Shown piece after piece: positions 10,266 through 20,550 of a stretch of 64,000 nt of DNA. The notes under the pieces are model-generated. The model was given only the letters and a program-made list of their open reading frames with translations, was not told the DNA's origin and ran no database searches. The translations under genes and the position numbers were made by a program. The DNA comes from Candidatus Fraserbacteria bacterium. Lineage in GTDB: Bacteria > Bipolaricaulota > Bipolaricaulia > RBG-16-55-9 > DRXL01. Location of the stretch: assembly GCA_947085185.1 (NCBI GenBank), contig CAMTVK010000002.1, positions 160,001 through 224,000 on the forward strand, written 5' to 3'. How positions within the stretch are numbered: the first letter of the stretch is position 1; the number at the start of each line of letters is the position of its first letter.

Positions 10266-10457
10266 CTCGTCCTAAGGAGGTGGCTCCTTCTCAGTGGGAG
10301 GAGAAGGAGGGCAAGAGGAAGAGCTTGGCCTGCGGCTCGAGCCGCGCTACGAGGGCCGCTGGGGAAAAATCCCGCCGAGGATGCGGGCAAAACCCTGGAC
10401 AACCCCCTGAGGGCGTCACGCCCAGCCAAGCTCTTCGCTCTTTAGGAGGTGTGCGAG
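10266..10457 (+). ncRNA. Candidate structured non-coding RNA of unrecognised family
   Basis: Perfect 12-bp stem 10318-10329/10425-10436 enclosing three hairpins, a 9-bp 5' hairpin and terminal pairing; directly downstream of a promoter. Confidence 0.45.
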
Positions 10458-10641
10458 GAATCCCAAGCAATGACCAGCCCTTCCCCTCACCATACGATCC
10501 CTTTCCCGCGGGGCATTCACAAGAAGCGCTTGAGGATCTCTCGCGATGTTGGGCATTCCCCTCTCACCTTGCGCTTACCTTAGTCGTAGGTTCTTTAACT
10601 GAGCAAGGACTTCCGTCACTTTTGCGAGCGATCTTGGTCAC

Positions 10642-12012
10642 CTACAATGGGGCAAAACGGGCGATGAAGTGGCGCAGCGGCCCTTCGCCAAAGATCAGCT
10701 TCACTCCTCGAATCTCGCTGCGCCGCTCCCAAATCTCCTTCAGGGTCGCGACGACGTGATCCAGATGCTCTTGGGTGTAGACCCGTCTTGGGATCGCTAA
10801 GCGCACGAGTTCGAGCTTGGGATAGATCTCTTGTCCCGTGCGTGCATCGCGCCGGGCGAACATGGTGCTGCCGATCTCCACCGCGCGCACTCCGCCCTCA
10901 CGGTAGAGCTCGATCACCAGCGCTTGTGCGGGAAATTCTCGCTGAGGGATGTGGGGCAAAAATTGCAGGGCATCTATGTAGACGGCATGGCCGCCGATGG
11001 GCTCAACGATGGGGATCCCCTCAGATGTGAGGCGCTCCCCAAGGTAGCGAGTTTGACCGATCCGATCACGTAGATAGTCTTCGTCCAGAGCTTCATAGAG
11101 CCCCACGGCGATCGCTTCCAGGTCGCGCCCGGCCAACCCCCCGTAGGTGGGAAAGCCCTCAAAGAGAATGAGCTTCTGCACGCAGCGCCAGTAGAGCTCT
11201 TCGTCGTTCATAGCGAGTACGCCGCCGATGTTGGCGATCGCGTCTTTTTTCGCTGAAAACGTCATGCCGTCGGCAAGAGAAAAAATCTCGCGGGCGATCT
11301 CGATGGGCTTTTTATGGGCGAAGCCGGGCTCGCGCTCCTTGATGAAAAAGCAGTTTTCTGCGAAGCGACACGCATCGAGAAAGCACGGAATTTTATAAGC
11401 TTTGGCGATCTGGCTGACAGCGCGCATATTGGTGAGCGAGACCGGCTGGCCACCCCCAGAGTTATTGGTGATCGTCAGCATAATGAGGGGGATGCGCTCG
11501 CGCCCGTGCTTTCTAATCAGTGCCTCAAGAGCTGAGACGTCCATATCGCCCTTGAAGGGATGCTCTTTGCTCGGATCATACGCGTCTTCGATGACGAGAT
11601 CTATAGGCTGACCGCCTGCGGCAAGCACGTTGGCGCGTGTCGTGTCGAAGTGCATATTGTTGGGGACGATGTCGCCGGGTTTGACCAACGTCGAGAACAA
11701 GATATGTTCCGCCGCGCGCCCCTGATGGGTGGGCATGAAATATCGAAACCCGAAGATATCTTTGACGGCTTTTTCTAGTCTATAGAAGCTGCGGGCGCCG
11801 GCGTAGGACTCATCGCCAGCCATGAGAGCGCTCCACTGGGCCTGGCTCATGGCGCCTGTGCCGGAGTCCGTTAATAAGTCAATATAGATATCTTCGGCGC
11901 GCAGCCGAAAGACGTTATAGCCGGCTTCTTCAAGTCTCTGCTCGCGCTCGGCACGGGATAAGAGTCTGACTGGCTCGACGACCTTGATCTTGTAGGGTTT
12001 GAATGGAATCAC
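10642..12012 (-). CDS. tnaA: Tryptophanase (beta-eliminating lyase; tyrosine phenol-lyase less likely)
   Basis: [27 protein letters not shown] (PLP Lys), [21 protein letters not shown]. Confidence 0.85.
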   Translation of the reverse strand: MIPFKPYKIKVVEPVRLLSRAEREQRLEEAGYNVFRLRAEDIYIDLLTDSGTGAMSQAQWSALMAGDESYAGARSFYRLEKAVKDIFGFRYFMPTHQGRAAEHILFSTLVKPGDIVPNNMHFDTTRANVLAAGGQPIDLVIEDAYDPSKEHPFKGDMDVSALEALIRKHGRERIPLIMLTITNNSGGGQPVSLTNMRAVSQIAKAYKIPCFLDACRFAENCFFIKEREPGFAHKKPIEIAREIFSLADGMTFSAKKDAIANIGGVLAMNDEELYWRCVQKLILFEGFPTYGGLAGRDLEAIAVGLYEALDEDYLRDRIGQTRYLGERLTSEGIPIVEPIGGHAVYIDALQFLPHIPQREFPAQALVIELYREGGVRAVEIGSTMFARRDARTGQEIYPKLELVRLAIPRRVYTQEHLDHVVATLKEIWERRSEIRGVKLIFGEGPLRHFIARFAPL

Positions 12013-13163
12013 CCTGGGATCTTCCCCAGCAGCGCTCGCGCGATAATTAATTTCTGAATCTCGCTTGTGCCCTCATAGAGCTCTGTAATCTTGGCATCAC
12101 GATAGAACCGCTCGACGTGGTATTCTTTGATAAAACCGTAGCCGCCGTGGATCTGCAGCGCTTCGTTGGCCACTTCTCGGGCGACCTTGCCGGCGTACCA
12201 TTTGGCCATGGACGCGATCTTCGCGGGGTTTCCTCCCTTGCTGATCTCCCACGCGGCTCGATAGGTCAACAACCGCGCTGCCTCGATCTCCGTGGCCATC
12301 TCGGCAAGCTTAAATTGGATCGCTTGAAATTCGCAGATGGGCTTGCCAAATTGCACCCGCTCTTGCGAATATTTGAACGCTTCGTCGAACGCCCCTTGGG
12401 CGATGCCCACGCCCTGGGCGGCCACGGCCGTCCGCCCACGCGAGAAGAACGTCATCAAATGATAGAATGCCATGTCCACTTGACCGACGATGTTCTCTTC
12501 AGGAACCTCGACGTTATCCAAAGTGATCTCGGCCAGATCGGAGGCGCGAATCCCCATCTTGTTGTGGATCGGGGTAGCCTTAAAGCCCGGCCGGTCGCGC
12601 TCGACGATGAACGCCGTAATCCCGCCGTGACGTTCCGGAGGATTGGTGTTGGTGCGAGCGAAGACAATCAAAAAGTTCGCAATTGAGCCGTTGGTGATGA
12701 ACATCTTCGTCCCATTCAAAATATATGTGTTGCCCTTCTTTTCTGCGCGGGTCTTTATAGCAGCGACGTCGCTGCCCGCCTCGGGTTCGGTGATCGCTGC
12801 GCCGCAGACCCAGTCGCCCTTGGCCACCGGGACTAAGTACTTTTGCTTCTGCTCTTCTGTGCCGAACTCTAGGATCATATCGCTCCCAAAGATTCGAGCC
12901 GTGATCGCCAGGGCGATCCCCGGGTCCCCACGCACTAACTCTTCGATGACAATTGCTGCGGCGAGGAAGTCCAGCCCTGCCCCACCGTACTTTTCTGGGA
13001 TGGCCGGAGCAATCAGATCTAATTTTTTTGCTTCCTCGACGATCTCATAGGGGTACTCGCAGGTCTCGTCATAGTGCTTGGCTGCAGGTCGGATGACTTC
13101 TTCGGCGAATTGTCGAGCTGTCTTGCGGATGAGCTTATGTTCTTCGCTCAGTTCGAAATCCAT
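12009..13163 (-). CDS. Acyl-CoA dehydrogenase
   Basis: [51 protein letters not shown]. Confidence 0.95.
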   Translation of the reverse strand: MDFELSEEHKLIRKTARQFAEEVIRPAAKHYDETCEYPYEIVEEAKKLDLIAPAIPEKYGGAGLDFLAAAIVIEELVRGDPGIALAITARIFGSDMILEFGTEEQKQKYLVPVAKGDWVCGAAITEPEAGSDVAAIKTRAEKKGNTYILNGTKMFITNGSIANFLIVFARTNTNPPERHGGITAFIVERDRPGFKATPIHNKMGIRASDLAEITLDNVEVPEENIVGQVDMAFYHLMTFFSRGRTAVAAQGVGIAQGAFDEAFKYSQERVQFGKPICEFQAIQFKLAEMATEIEAARLLTYRAAWEISKGGNPAKIASMAKWYAGKVAREVANEALQIHGGYGFIKEYHVERFYRDAKITELYEGTSEIQKLIIARALLGKIPG

Positions 13164-13204
13164 AGGGACCTCCTTTGGGGCGACGCCCGCTAGAATATTA
13201 ATAG

Positions 13205-13237
13205 AAAAGGCCTCCCGTGCGCAAGTCACGGGAGGCC
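13205..13237 (-). terminator. Rho-independent terminator after the substrate-binding protein gene
   Basis: GGCCTCCCGTG/CACGGGAGGCC 11-bp stem followed by TTTT on the minus strand. Confidence 0.65.
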
Positions 13238-13262
13238 CTCCCATCTTTGGGTATGAGGGGAG

Positions 13263-14690
13263 CTAGCCCTTCATATGCGGCGGCAACTGATAGAGGCTGT
13301 ACGGATCGTCGGGCTTGTCCGAGAACTCTCCTGGATAGAGCAGCTGGCGCTCGAACGCGCCGCCCTCTCCCAAGGGCCCGATCTGTGTCCAGACCGCGCG
13401 CAGCCCATCGAAAGCCGTGGGCTTATCTTTGAGTCTGTTGAACCCCCACCCGACATCGTGTGGGTTCTTGAAGCACAGCTCAGCGATCCCCGCTGACATA
13501 CAATTCTTAAACTCCAGCAGCCCGGCTTGAGTCTCAAGTTTGATTGTCTCATCGCGCTTGAAGCCTGCTACGGGATAGAACCAATAGGGGCCACCCGCTC
13601 CGATGTAGGCATTGTCGTATTTGTCGAACGACTCCAAAGCCTTGATGAGCGAGTCCGCGTCGGTCTTGCCCCCAGCCCTCTTGATCGCCTCAGCTACGAG
13701 ATAGACTGCATCATAAGTGATCCCGGCGGTATAGATAGGGCGCACCCCGTACTTCTTCTGGAATGCCGAGAAGAACGCTTTCGTCTTGGGGGTAATCGGG
13801 GCATCAGCGGAGAAGTCCGCGATCACGTAGCCTGTGGCCGCACCCTTGAGCTCGCGCACGCTCGCATCGTCTTGCAGCAAGACGTTGATGCCAAAGACCG
13901 CGACCTTCGTCTTGGTCTCAGCCCAAGTCTTGGTGAAGACGGCTGCCAGACCCGGATCGGAGAAGAACGTGAAGACAATCGAAGCACCAGAGCCCTTCAG
14001 CTCGGTCATCAACGGCGTGAGGTCCTTGGTGCCCACGGCTAATCTCTTCGCGTTGACGACCTCAAACCCCAGCTCCACTAAGCGCGGCCCCAGGAGCGCC
14101 ATGTACATATTGGCCGAGCTGAGGTCCTCCCCCACCAAGAAGATCTTCCGATTGGGCAGGATGCCCTTCTCGACAAGGACGCTTAGATAATCCCCGGCAA
14201 AGCGTAGGGTATCCCCCACCAGCGAGAACGTATTGAGCATGGGGCGGAAGGCGTATTTATAGTTCTGATAGTCAGTGGGGACTCTATCTGTAGCCAGAGA
14301 GGTTGCTCCTGTGATCAAGAGGGGTTTCTTCATGCGCGGGATGTCAGGAAGCACGGCAAGCACGGCCTCCGAACGGAAGAACCCCACGACGGCATCGACT
14401 TTCGCGGCTATATCTTGATAGACTCTCCGCGCGAGCTCTCCGTCGCCCTCGGTCTTCATATCCCCAACAACTAGCTCGATCTGTCGCCCTGACACTCCAC
14501 CAGCCTTGTTGATCTCCTCGACAGCCAACTGCGCCCCGCGCAGCGTGTCCCGACCATTGGCGATCTCTAAGCCCGTTACAACTCCGATCTTAATCGTCTG
14601 CTGCGTCTGTGCCGTGAGCGGCCCGACAAAGATCAATGCTACAAGCGCCACCCCCACGATGTGAACCCATCTGCGAGTACAATATTTCAT
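13263..14690 (-). CDS. ABC transporter substrate-binding protein, branched-chain amino acid (LivJ-like) family
   Basis: Signal peptide; IKIGVV, GAQLAVEEINKAGGVSGRQIELVVGD, YDAVYLVAEAI. Confidence 0.88.
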   Translation of the reverse strand: MKYCTRRWVHIVGVALVALIFVGPLTAQTQQTIKIGVVTGLEIANGRDTLRGAQLAVEEINKAGGVSGRQIELVVGDMKTEGDGELARRVYQDIAAKVDAVVGFFRSEAVLAVLPDIPRMKKPLLITGATSLATDRVPTDYQNYKYAFRPMLNTFSLVGDTLRFAGDYLSVLVEKGILPNRKIFLVGEDLSSANMYMALLGPRLVELGFEVVNAKRLAVGTKDLTPLMTELKGSGASIVFTFFSDPGLAAVFTKTWAETKTKVAVFGINVLLQDDASVRELKGAATGYVIADFSADAPITPKTKAFFSAFQKKYGVRPIYTAGITYDAVYLVAEAIKRAGGKTDADSLIKALESFDKYDNAYIGAGGPYWFYPVAGFKRDETIKLETQAGLLEFKNCMSAGIAELCFKNPHDVGWGFNRLKDKPTAFDGLRAVWTQIGPLGEGGAFERQLLYPGEFSDKPDDPYSLYQLPPHMKG

Positions 14691-14953
14691 GCTATCCTCC
14701 TCCTACTAGTGATGAAGTGAAGAAACCGTCCGCCGTTGAGTTTGTATCTGCCCTTGTTCTTTCACACCCCCTTTTTGCCTCGGTGTAGCCCCGTGAGATT
14801 ATTATATCACGGAGTGGGCGGAGTCTGACAAGTGGGCTACGAGCACGCGCCGCATCGCGTTGGGAAGGCGGGCTTGCTCGAGATAAACAAACTTTCAGGG
14901 GGGCCGTCAAGGCAGTTGAGAGTGCCCGCTTCCTCTGTTATAGTTAGATATCT

Positions 14954-16288
14954 ATGAAGCGCTTCTATATCTATACGTGGGGCTGCCAGATGAACGAGCA
15001 CAAGTCCGAGGGCATGGCCGGGGTGCTCATGCGCGCCGGATATCTTCCCGCCGATGACCCCGCCCACGCCGACGTCGTGCTCTTTAATACGTGCATGGTG
15101 CGAGAGAAACCCGTCGAAAAAGTCTATTCTGAAGCGGGTGTCATCGCTCTGCTCAAAGAGAAGAACCCGAATCTCTTATTGGGCGTGGGCGGCTGCGTCG
15201 CCCAGGCTCTCAAAGAGAAGCTCTTTCACAGGAGCCCAGCGATTGACTTCGTCTTTGGTAGCTCCAATATATCTGAGATTCCAAGGCTCATCGAGCAAGC
15301 GCGCCAGCGGTGCGCCTTGGGCAAGCCCGGCTGGGTGATGGCCGTCGATAAAATCCCTGATAAGATCGAAGAGCTGCCGTTCTTACGGACTAGTCGCTTC
15401 CAAGCAAAAGTCACGATCGCCGAGGGCTGCTCCAATTTCTGCTCGTTCTGTATTGTCCCGTACACGACGGGGCTTCTGCGCAGTCGCCTCCCCGGCGAGA
15501 TCATCGCCGAGGTCCGAGAGCTGGCCGACCAAGGCTACAAAGAAGTCCAGCTTCTTGGCCAAAACGTTGATGCTTACGGCAAAGATCTCAATGAACCACA
15601 GATCACTTTTGCCAATCTCTTGCGGGCGCTCACGGAGATCCCCATCCCCAGAATACGCTTTACCAGCTCCCACCCCCAAGATATTACGGACGACGTCATC
15701 GAGCTTTTGGGGGAGGAGAACAATATCTGTGAGCACGTGCACATGGCAGTGCAGTCAGGCAGCGACAAAGTCTTGGCAGAGATGCGCCGCGGCTATACGA
15801 AAGAGTACTTCTTGCGCTTAGTCACAGCCCTGCGCGAGCGCGGCGTCACCGTCACCACGGATATCATCGTGGGGTTCCCCACCGAAACCGAAGAAGATTT
15901 TCAAGAGACGGTAGATCTCGTAAGGCGCGCGCGCTTCGGTGGCGCGTTCATCTTCAAATACTCCCCACGCCCCAGAACGATCGCGTTCTATAAGTATCGT
16001 GACACTGTGCCCGAGCAAGAGAAGCAGCGTCGTTTGGAGGTTCTCTTGGCGTTGCAAAAGCAGATCACCGACGAAGAGAACAGAAAGCGCATCGGCCAGA
16101 CAGTTGAAGTGCTTGTCGAAGGCCCCGCACGCCATGCGGGCTTTCTCATGGGCAAGACGCGCGACAATCGCACGGTCGTCTTTGAAGGTTCCCAGGAACT
16201 GATCGGAGAACTCGTGACCGTACGGATCACGGATGGCTCGGTTGCTGGCTTGGCAGGAGAGCTCGTGCAAGCTCGCGTCTTCGCATGA
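14954..16288 (+). CDS. miaB: tRNA-2-methylthio-N6-dimethylallyladenosine synthase
   Basis: TWGCQMN, NTCMVRE, GGCVAQ, radical-SAM CSNFCSFC, DIIVGFP, YSPRPRT, C-terminal TRAM domain. Confidence 0.95.
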   Translation: MKRFYIYTWGCQMNEHKSEGMAGVLMRAGYLPADDPAHADVVLFNTCMVREKPVEKVYSEAGVIALLKEKNPNLLLGVGGCVAQALKEKLFHRSPAIDFVFGSSNISEIPRLIEQARQRCALGKPGWVMAVDKIPDKIEELPFLRTSRFQAKVTIAEGCSNFCSFCIVPYTTGLLRSRLPGEIIAEVRELADQGYKEVQLLGQNVDAYGKDLNEPQITFANLLRALTEIPIPRIRFTSSHPQDITDDVIELLGEENNICEHVHMAVQSGSDKVLAEMRRGYTKEYFLRLVTALRERGVTVTTDIIVGFPTETEEDFQETVDLVRRARFGGAFIFKYSPRPRTIAFYKYRDTVPEQEKQRRLEVLLALQKQITDEENRKRIGQTVEVLVEGPARHAGFLMGKTRDNRTVVFEGSQELIGELVTVRITDGSVAGLAGELVQARVFA

Positions 16289-17211
16289 TCATCACCGTTA
16301 CGCCCAACCCAACGATCGATAAGATCTATTGGATCGAAAAGCTCTCTCTTGACGAGGGCGAGCTGCCGGTGACGCGCGCGCTGCGCTCGCATCTGGCTGC
16401 AGGCGGCAGAGGTATCAACGTCTCGATCTTTCTGGCGCGCATGGGGATAGAGAACATCGCCATGGGGTTTATCGCTGGGGAGACGGGACGCGCCGTCGAG
16501 CGTCGCGTCCGCGATGAAGGCATCACCACGAGTTTCGTCTGGGTCGAGGGCGAGACCCGCACCACCGTCACGATCTTAGAGCGCGGGCATGAGCAGCGTC
16601 CCTTACAGATTACCGAGCAAGGGCCCACCGTCACGCCAGAAGCACTCAAGCGCTTTATTACTCAGTATAAACGGGCGCTTGGGCACGCGCGCTACGTCTT
16701 CGTCGGGGGCAGCTTGCCCCCGGGTGTCCCAGAGACGTTCTATCAAGAATTGGCGCATCTGGCTCAGCAGCGCCGCGTGCCGGTGATTGTCAATGCCTTT
16801 GGGGAGGCGCTCGAGCACGCCCTCTCTGAAAGGCCGTGGTTGGTCAAGCCCGACACGCGCCAGCGCTCCTTCCGCACCCTCGAGGAGATCTTCAGTTTTG
16901 GGCAGCGCTGGGTCGCCCAAGGCATAGGAGCTGTCTTGGTGTCGCACCGTATCACCCACGATGTGCTGATCACGCCAGGGGGCGCCTGGGATTTGGAAGC
17001 TCGTGATGTGCAGTTTCAGAATCTTTTAGGGGCGGAGGATGCGCTCATCGCGGGGACGCTCAGCGCTGTGGCCAAGGCAACCCCCTTGGAAGAGGCCGTG
17101 CGATGGGGCATGGCCGCCGCCACGGCCTGCGCCGAAAGCGAAGAGCTCGTCGTGACAGATCGCCATAAGATCGAACAAGCTGTGGCGAAGATCCACATGC
17201 GCCGCGTATGA
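16285..17211 (+). CDS. 1-phosphofructokinase-like PfkB family protein with degenerate motifs
   Basis: ITVTPNPTID, AGGRGINVS, GETRT, GSLPPG; but KPD and GAED where the family usually has KPN and GAGD. Confidence 0.8.
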   Translation: MIITVTPNPTIDKIYWIEKLSLDEGELPVTRALRSHLAAGGRGINVSIFLARMGIENIAMGFIAGETGRAVERRVRDEGITTSFVWVEGETRTTVTILERGHEQRPLQITEQGPTVTPEALKRFITQYKRALGHARYVFVGGSLPPGVPETFYQELAHLAQQRRVPVIVNAFGEALEHALSERPWLVKPDTRQRSFRTLEEIFSFGQRWVAQGIGAVLVSHRITHDVLITPGGAWDLEARDVQFQNLLGAEDALIAGTLSAVAKATPLEEAVRWGMAAATACAESEELVVTDRHKIEQAVAKIHMRRV

Positions 17212-17633
17212 AAGTCAAAGAGCTCATGACCAAAGACCTGACGGCTGCTGAGCCCTCGATGACCGTGCGGGAGCTCATCGAGCTCTTCCATCGCAGCGGG
17301 CTCAGCAGCGTCCCCGTAGTGAGCGAGGAGGGGCGCATTGCGGGGATCATCTCTGAACGCGACATCATCGAAGGGGCCCTCCCCGGTTACTTCGAAGTCC
17401 TCTACGGCATCACGGATATGAATCACTTATCGCAGAAGCTGCGCGAGATCGAGCACGATCGCATCGAGTTCTATATGACCCAAGACGTCGTGACTATCGA
17501 AGAGGACGAAGACGACTTCACCGCAGCCGATCTGATGATCCGAAAGAACATCAAGTCGCTCCCTGTGGTGAACAAAGACGGGGTCTTCGTAGGGGTGCTG
17601 CGTCGCATTGATCTTCTGAAAGATCTGGTATGA
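17208..17633 (+). CDS. Stand-alone CBS-pair protein
   Basis: KVKELMT, SVPVV..GIISERD, YMT..V, LPVV..GVLRRIDLL. Confidence 0.9.
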   Translation: MKVKELMTKDLTAAEPSMTVRELIELFHRSGLSSVPVVSEEGRIAGIISERDIIEGALPGYFEVLYGITDMNHLSQKLREIEHDRIEFYMTQDVVTIEEDEDDFTAADLMIRKNIKSLPVVNKDGVFVGVLRRIDLLKDLV

Positions 17634-18703
17634 TGCCTCCTATTCAGCGGAGAATCTCGAAGGAAGTGCGTGTTGGCTCGCTGGTGCTGGGCGGGCAGAA
17701 CCCCATCAGGGTCCAGTCGATGACGACCACCGACACGCGCGATGTCGAAGCGACCGTCAAACAGATTAAGAGATTAGAGCAAGCCGGCTGTGAGATCGTT
17801 CGGGTCGCTGTCTTGAACATGGACGCGGCCAAGCAGCTTGGAGAGATCAAAAAACGCATCAACATCCCATTAGTCGCTGACATTCACTTCGATCATCGCT
17901 TGGCGCTTGCGGCCATCGAGCAAGGAGTAGACAAATTACGACTCAATCCGGGCAATATCACTGATCGCTCGAAGATAGAACAAGTCGTCAAGGCTGCCAA
18001 AGATCGAGGGATTCCCATTCGAGTTGGGGTCAATTCGGGCTCGCTGCCCAAAGATCTCTTAGTGAAATACGAAGGCGCTACCCCCGAAGCCATGGTAGAA
18101 GCAGCCCTGCGCGAGATCGAGATCTTGGAAGACAATAATTTTTCAGATATCGTCGTCTCGCTCAAGTCTACGGACGTACGGGTGACGATCGAGTCTTATA
18201 GACTCATAGCCAAGCAAATTCCATATCCGTTGCATGTGGGGGTAACGGAGGCCGGACTCGGAGACGCCGGGGTCGTGCGCTCGGCGATCGGGATTGGGAC
18301 GCTCCTAGAAGAGGGGATCGGCGACACACTGCGCTGCTCGCTCACCGGCGATCCGGTGCGCGAGGTCAAGGTCGCCTATGAGATCTTGGCCGCGCTGGAC
18401 ATTCGCTGGCGTGGGATTCGGTACACCTCGTGTCCGACGTGCGGACGGATCGGTATAGACTTAGAGAAGATCGTCACGGAAGTCCAGAAGCGTCTAGAAC
18501 GCCTTGAGAAGCCCATCAAAATCTCGCTCATTGGGTGTGTCGTCAACGGCCCAGGGGAGGCGCTGCACTCCAACATCGGGTTGGTGGGGCACGAGAAGTC
18601 CGGGACGATCTACGTTGACGGGAAGCCCTACAAGCGCGTGCCCGAGGACCAGCTCGTTGACGAGCTCATCAAGGTTGTGATGGAGTATCCTTTGCAAGTT
18701 TGA
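17630..18703 (+). CDS. ispG: (E)-4-hydroxy-3-methylbut-2-enyl-diphosphate synthase
   Basis: VQSMTTT, LVADIHF, RLNPGN, RVGVNSGS, LHVGVTEAG, CPTCGR, GCVVNGPGE. Confidence 0.97.
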   Translation: MMPPIQRRISKEVRVGSLVLGGQNPIRVQSMTTTDTRDVEATVKQIKRLEQAGCEIVRVAVLNMDAAKQLGEIKKRINIPLVADIHFDHRLALAAIEQGVDKLRLNPGNITDRSKIEQVVKAAKDRGIPIRVGVNSGSLPKDLLVKYEGATPEAMVEAALREIEILEDNNFSDIVVSLKSTDVRVTIESYRLIAKQIPYPLHVGVTEAGLGDAGVVRSAIGIGTLLEEGIGDTLRCSLTGDPVREVKVAYEILAALDIRWRGIRYTSCPTCGRIGIDLEKIVTEVQKRLERLEKPIKISLIGCVVNGPGEALHSNIGLVGHEKSGTIYVDGKPYKRVPEDQLVDELIKVVMEYPLQV

Positions 18704-18715
18704 TATCGAGCTGAT

Positions 18716-19066
18716 ATGCAATCTCTCTGGATGCTTTTGAACGCGCTGATTGGGATACTCTCATTTCTTGCGTCTGCGCTGATGCTCAAGCGCTTGTGGC
18801 GCTTGATACCCCTGTCACTACGCAGTGCTGTGCGCAACGGGATCGCTCTTATTCTGTTCATCTTGGGGGTGATCGGCTCGATCGTGCCGATCATGCCGGG
18901 GTTCGTCTTCTTAGTGTTAGCCCTGCTCGTGATGGACGTGCCGCAGAAGCGCGTCGCGTTGAGACATCTGCAGCACAGGTGGCTCATTCAAAAGCTCTTG
19001 AAAAGCAGGGCGTTTTCCCAGACGTGGCGGAGCCTGCGGCGCTATGCCCGCCGACGCACCCCTTAA
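18716..19066 (+). CDS. Small membrane protein, hypothetical
   Basis: Three hydrophobic segments including GVIGSIVPIMPG; lies within the operon. Confidence 0.65.
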   Translation: MQSLWMLLNALIGILSFLASALMLKRLWRLIPLSLRSAVRNGIALILFILGVIGSIVPIMPGFVFLVLALLVMDVPQKRVALRHLQHRWLIQKLLKSRAFSQTWRSLRRYARRRTP

Positions 19067-19111
19067 GTGTGCGATCGCCCACGTTTTCGTATAATCTTAT
19101 CTTATAAGAGT

Positions 19112-19636
19112 ATGGCTCTACGAATCCGAAAGTACCCAGACCCGATCTTACGACGGCGCGCCAAAGAGATAGCTGTCATCGACCACGAGATCAAGCGCCT
19201 TGCTGACGCTATGATCGAGACGATGGTCTTGGCCAAGGGCTACGGCCTAGCTGCCCCACAAGTGGGCGTCCTCAAGAGAATTATCACGATTGACGTCGCA
19301 GACGACTTCTATGCGCTCATCAACCCAGAGATTCTCGCAAAGAGCGACGAGACGGAAGTCTGGGTTGAGGGGTGCTTGAGCATTCCCGGCATCGAAGCTG
19401 AGTTTGCCCGTCCGGCCAAGGTCACCGTGCGAGCGCTCGACCTCGATGGCCATGAAGTTCTCTTAGAGCGCGACGGCCTGGCCGCACGAGTCCTGCAGCA
19501 CGAGATCGATCACCTCAACGGCGTTCTCTTCATTGACTATCTCAGCCAGACAAAACGCCTTATGCTCCTCAAGGAGTACGAGCGGCTTCAGAAAGAGGGA
19601 CGCTCCTCGCGCAAGAGAGAAAGAGTCTTCGGATGA
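19112..19636 (+). CDS. def: Peptide deformylase
   Basis: GYGLAAPQVG, EGCLS, QHEIDHLNG. Confidence 0.97.
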   Translation: MALRIRKYPDPILRRRAKEIAVIDHEIKRLADAMIETMVLAKGYGLAAPQVGVLKRIITIDVADDFYALINPEILAKSDETEVWVEGCLSIPGIEAEFARPAKVTVRALDLDGHEVLLERDGLAARVLQHEIDHLNGVLFIDYLSQTKRLMLLKEYERLQKEGRSSRKRERVFG

Positions 19637-20550
19637 ATGTGATCTTTGTCGGCACAGCGTCGCTGGGCATACCCACGCTCAAGGCGCTTGCCGAAAAACA
19701 CAGAGTTCTTGCGGTCTTCACCCGGCCGGATCGGCCTGCCGGACGCGGCTTACACCTGACACCTCCCCCGATCAAGCGCATCGCCCTGGAGCTTGGTTTG
19801 CCCATCTATCAGCCGGAGAAGATCAATCGCTCGACCGAACTCATCAGGGCGCTTGCGCCCGAGGTCATCGTCGTGGTCGCGTTCGGACAGTTTCTCTCCA
19901 AGAGACTCTTAGAGATCCCCACATACGGGTGCATCAATCTCCATGCGTCGCTCTTGCCCAAGTATCGCGGGGCAGCTCCGATCCAATGGGCGATCATCAA
20001 CGGCGAGACCGAGACAGGCCTGACGACGTTCTTAGTGAACGAAGAGATGGACGCCGGAGATATTCTGCTCCAAGAGCGCGTCCCCATCTTTGACGAAGAC
20101 ACTGGGGGCTCGCTGCACGAGAGGCTCGCAGCTTTGGGGCCAGATCTGGTGCTGCGCACACTCGAAGGTCTTGAGCGCGGGACGCTCACGCCGATCCCGC
20201 AAGATCACTCCCACGCGACGTTTGCCCCAAAGATCGAAGATGCTGTGTGCAAGATAGACTGGAGAGAGCCTGCACGAAAGATTTTCCATCTCATTCGTGG
20301 GCTCAATCCCCAGCCGGGAGCCTATACGCTCTTAGAAGAGCGGCGCGTGAAGGTCTATGGGAGTCGCATTGTAGAGGGCAAGCACGGAGCCCCAGGGTGC
20401 GTGATCGGCGTGGGGAGTGCGGGCCCGCTAGTCCAGTGCGGCCAAGACGCTCTGGAGCTCACGGAAGTCCAGCCGGCAGGCAAGCGCCGCATGAGCGGGA
20501 GAGATTTCGTCAACGGCTATAAGATTCAAATTGGAGCACAACTTGGATGA
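19633..20550 (+). CDS. fmt: Methionyl-tRNA formyltransferase
   Basis: TRPDRPAGRG, NLHASLLPKYRGAAPI, MDAGDI; follows def. Confidence 0.97.
   Translation: MNVIFVGTASLGIPTLKALAEKHRVLAVFTRPDRPAGRGLHLTPPPIKRIALELGLPIYQPEKINRSTELIRALAPEVIVVVAFGQFLSKRLLEIPTYGCINLHASLLPKYRGAAPIQWAIINGETETGLTTFLVNEEMDAGDILLQERVPIFDEDTGGSLHERLAALGPDLVLRTLEGLERGTLTPIPQDHSHATFAPKIEDAVCKIDWREPARKIFHLIRGLNPQPGAYTLLEERRVKVYGSRIVEGKHGAPGCVIGVGSAGPLVQCGQDALELTEVQPAGKRRMSGRDFVNGYKIQIGAQLG

Noticed and set aside
10266..10457. Known riboswitch (Moco, guanidine-I, glycine, c-di-GMP) or SRP/6S RNA
   Set aside because: Only fragmentary resemblance; the core consensus elements could not be found by eye
10280..10759. 159-aa ORF on the plus strand
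   Set aside because: No recognisable motifs, overlaps tnaA antisense and runs through the structured region
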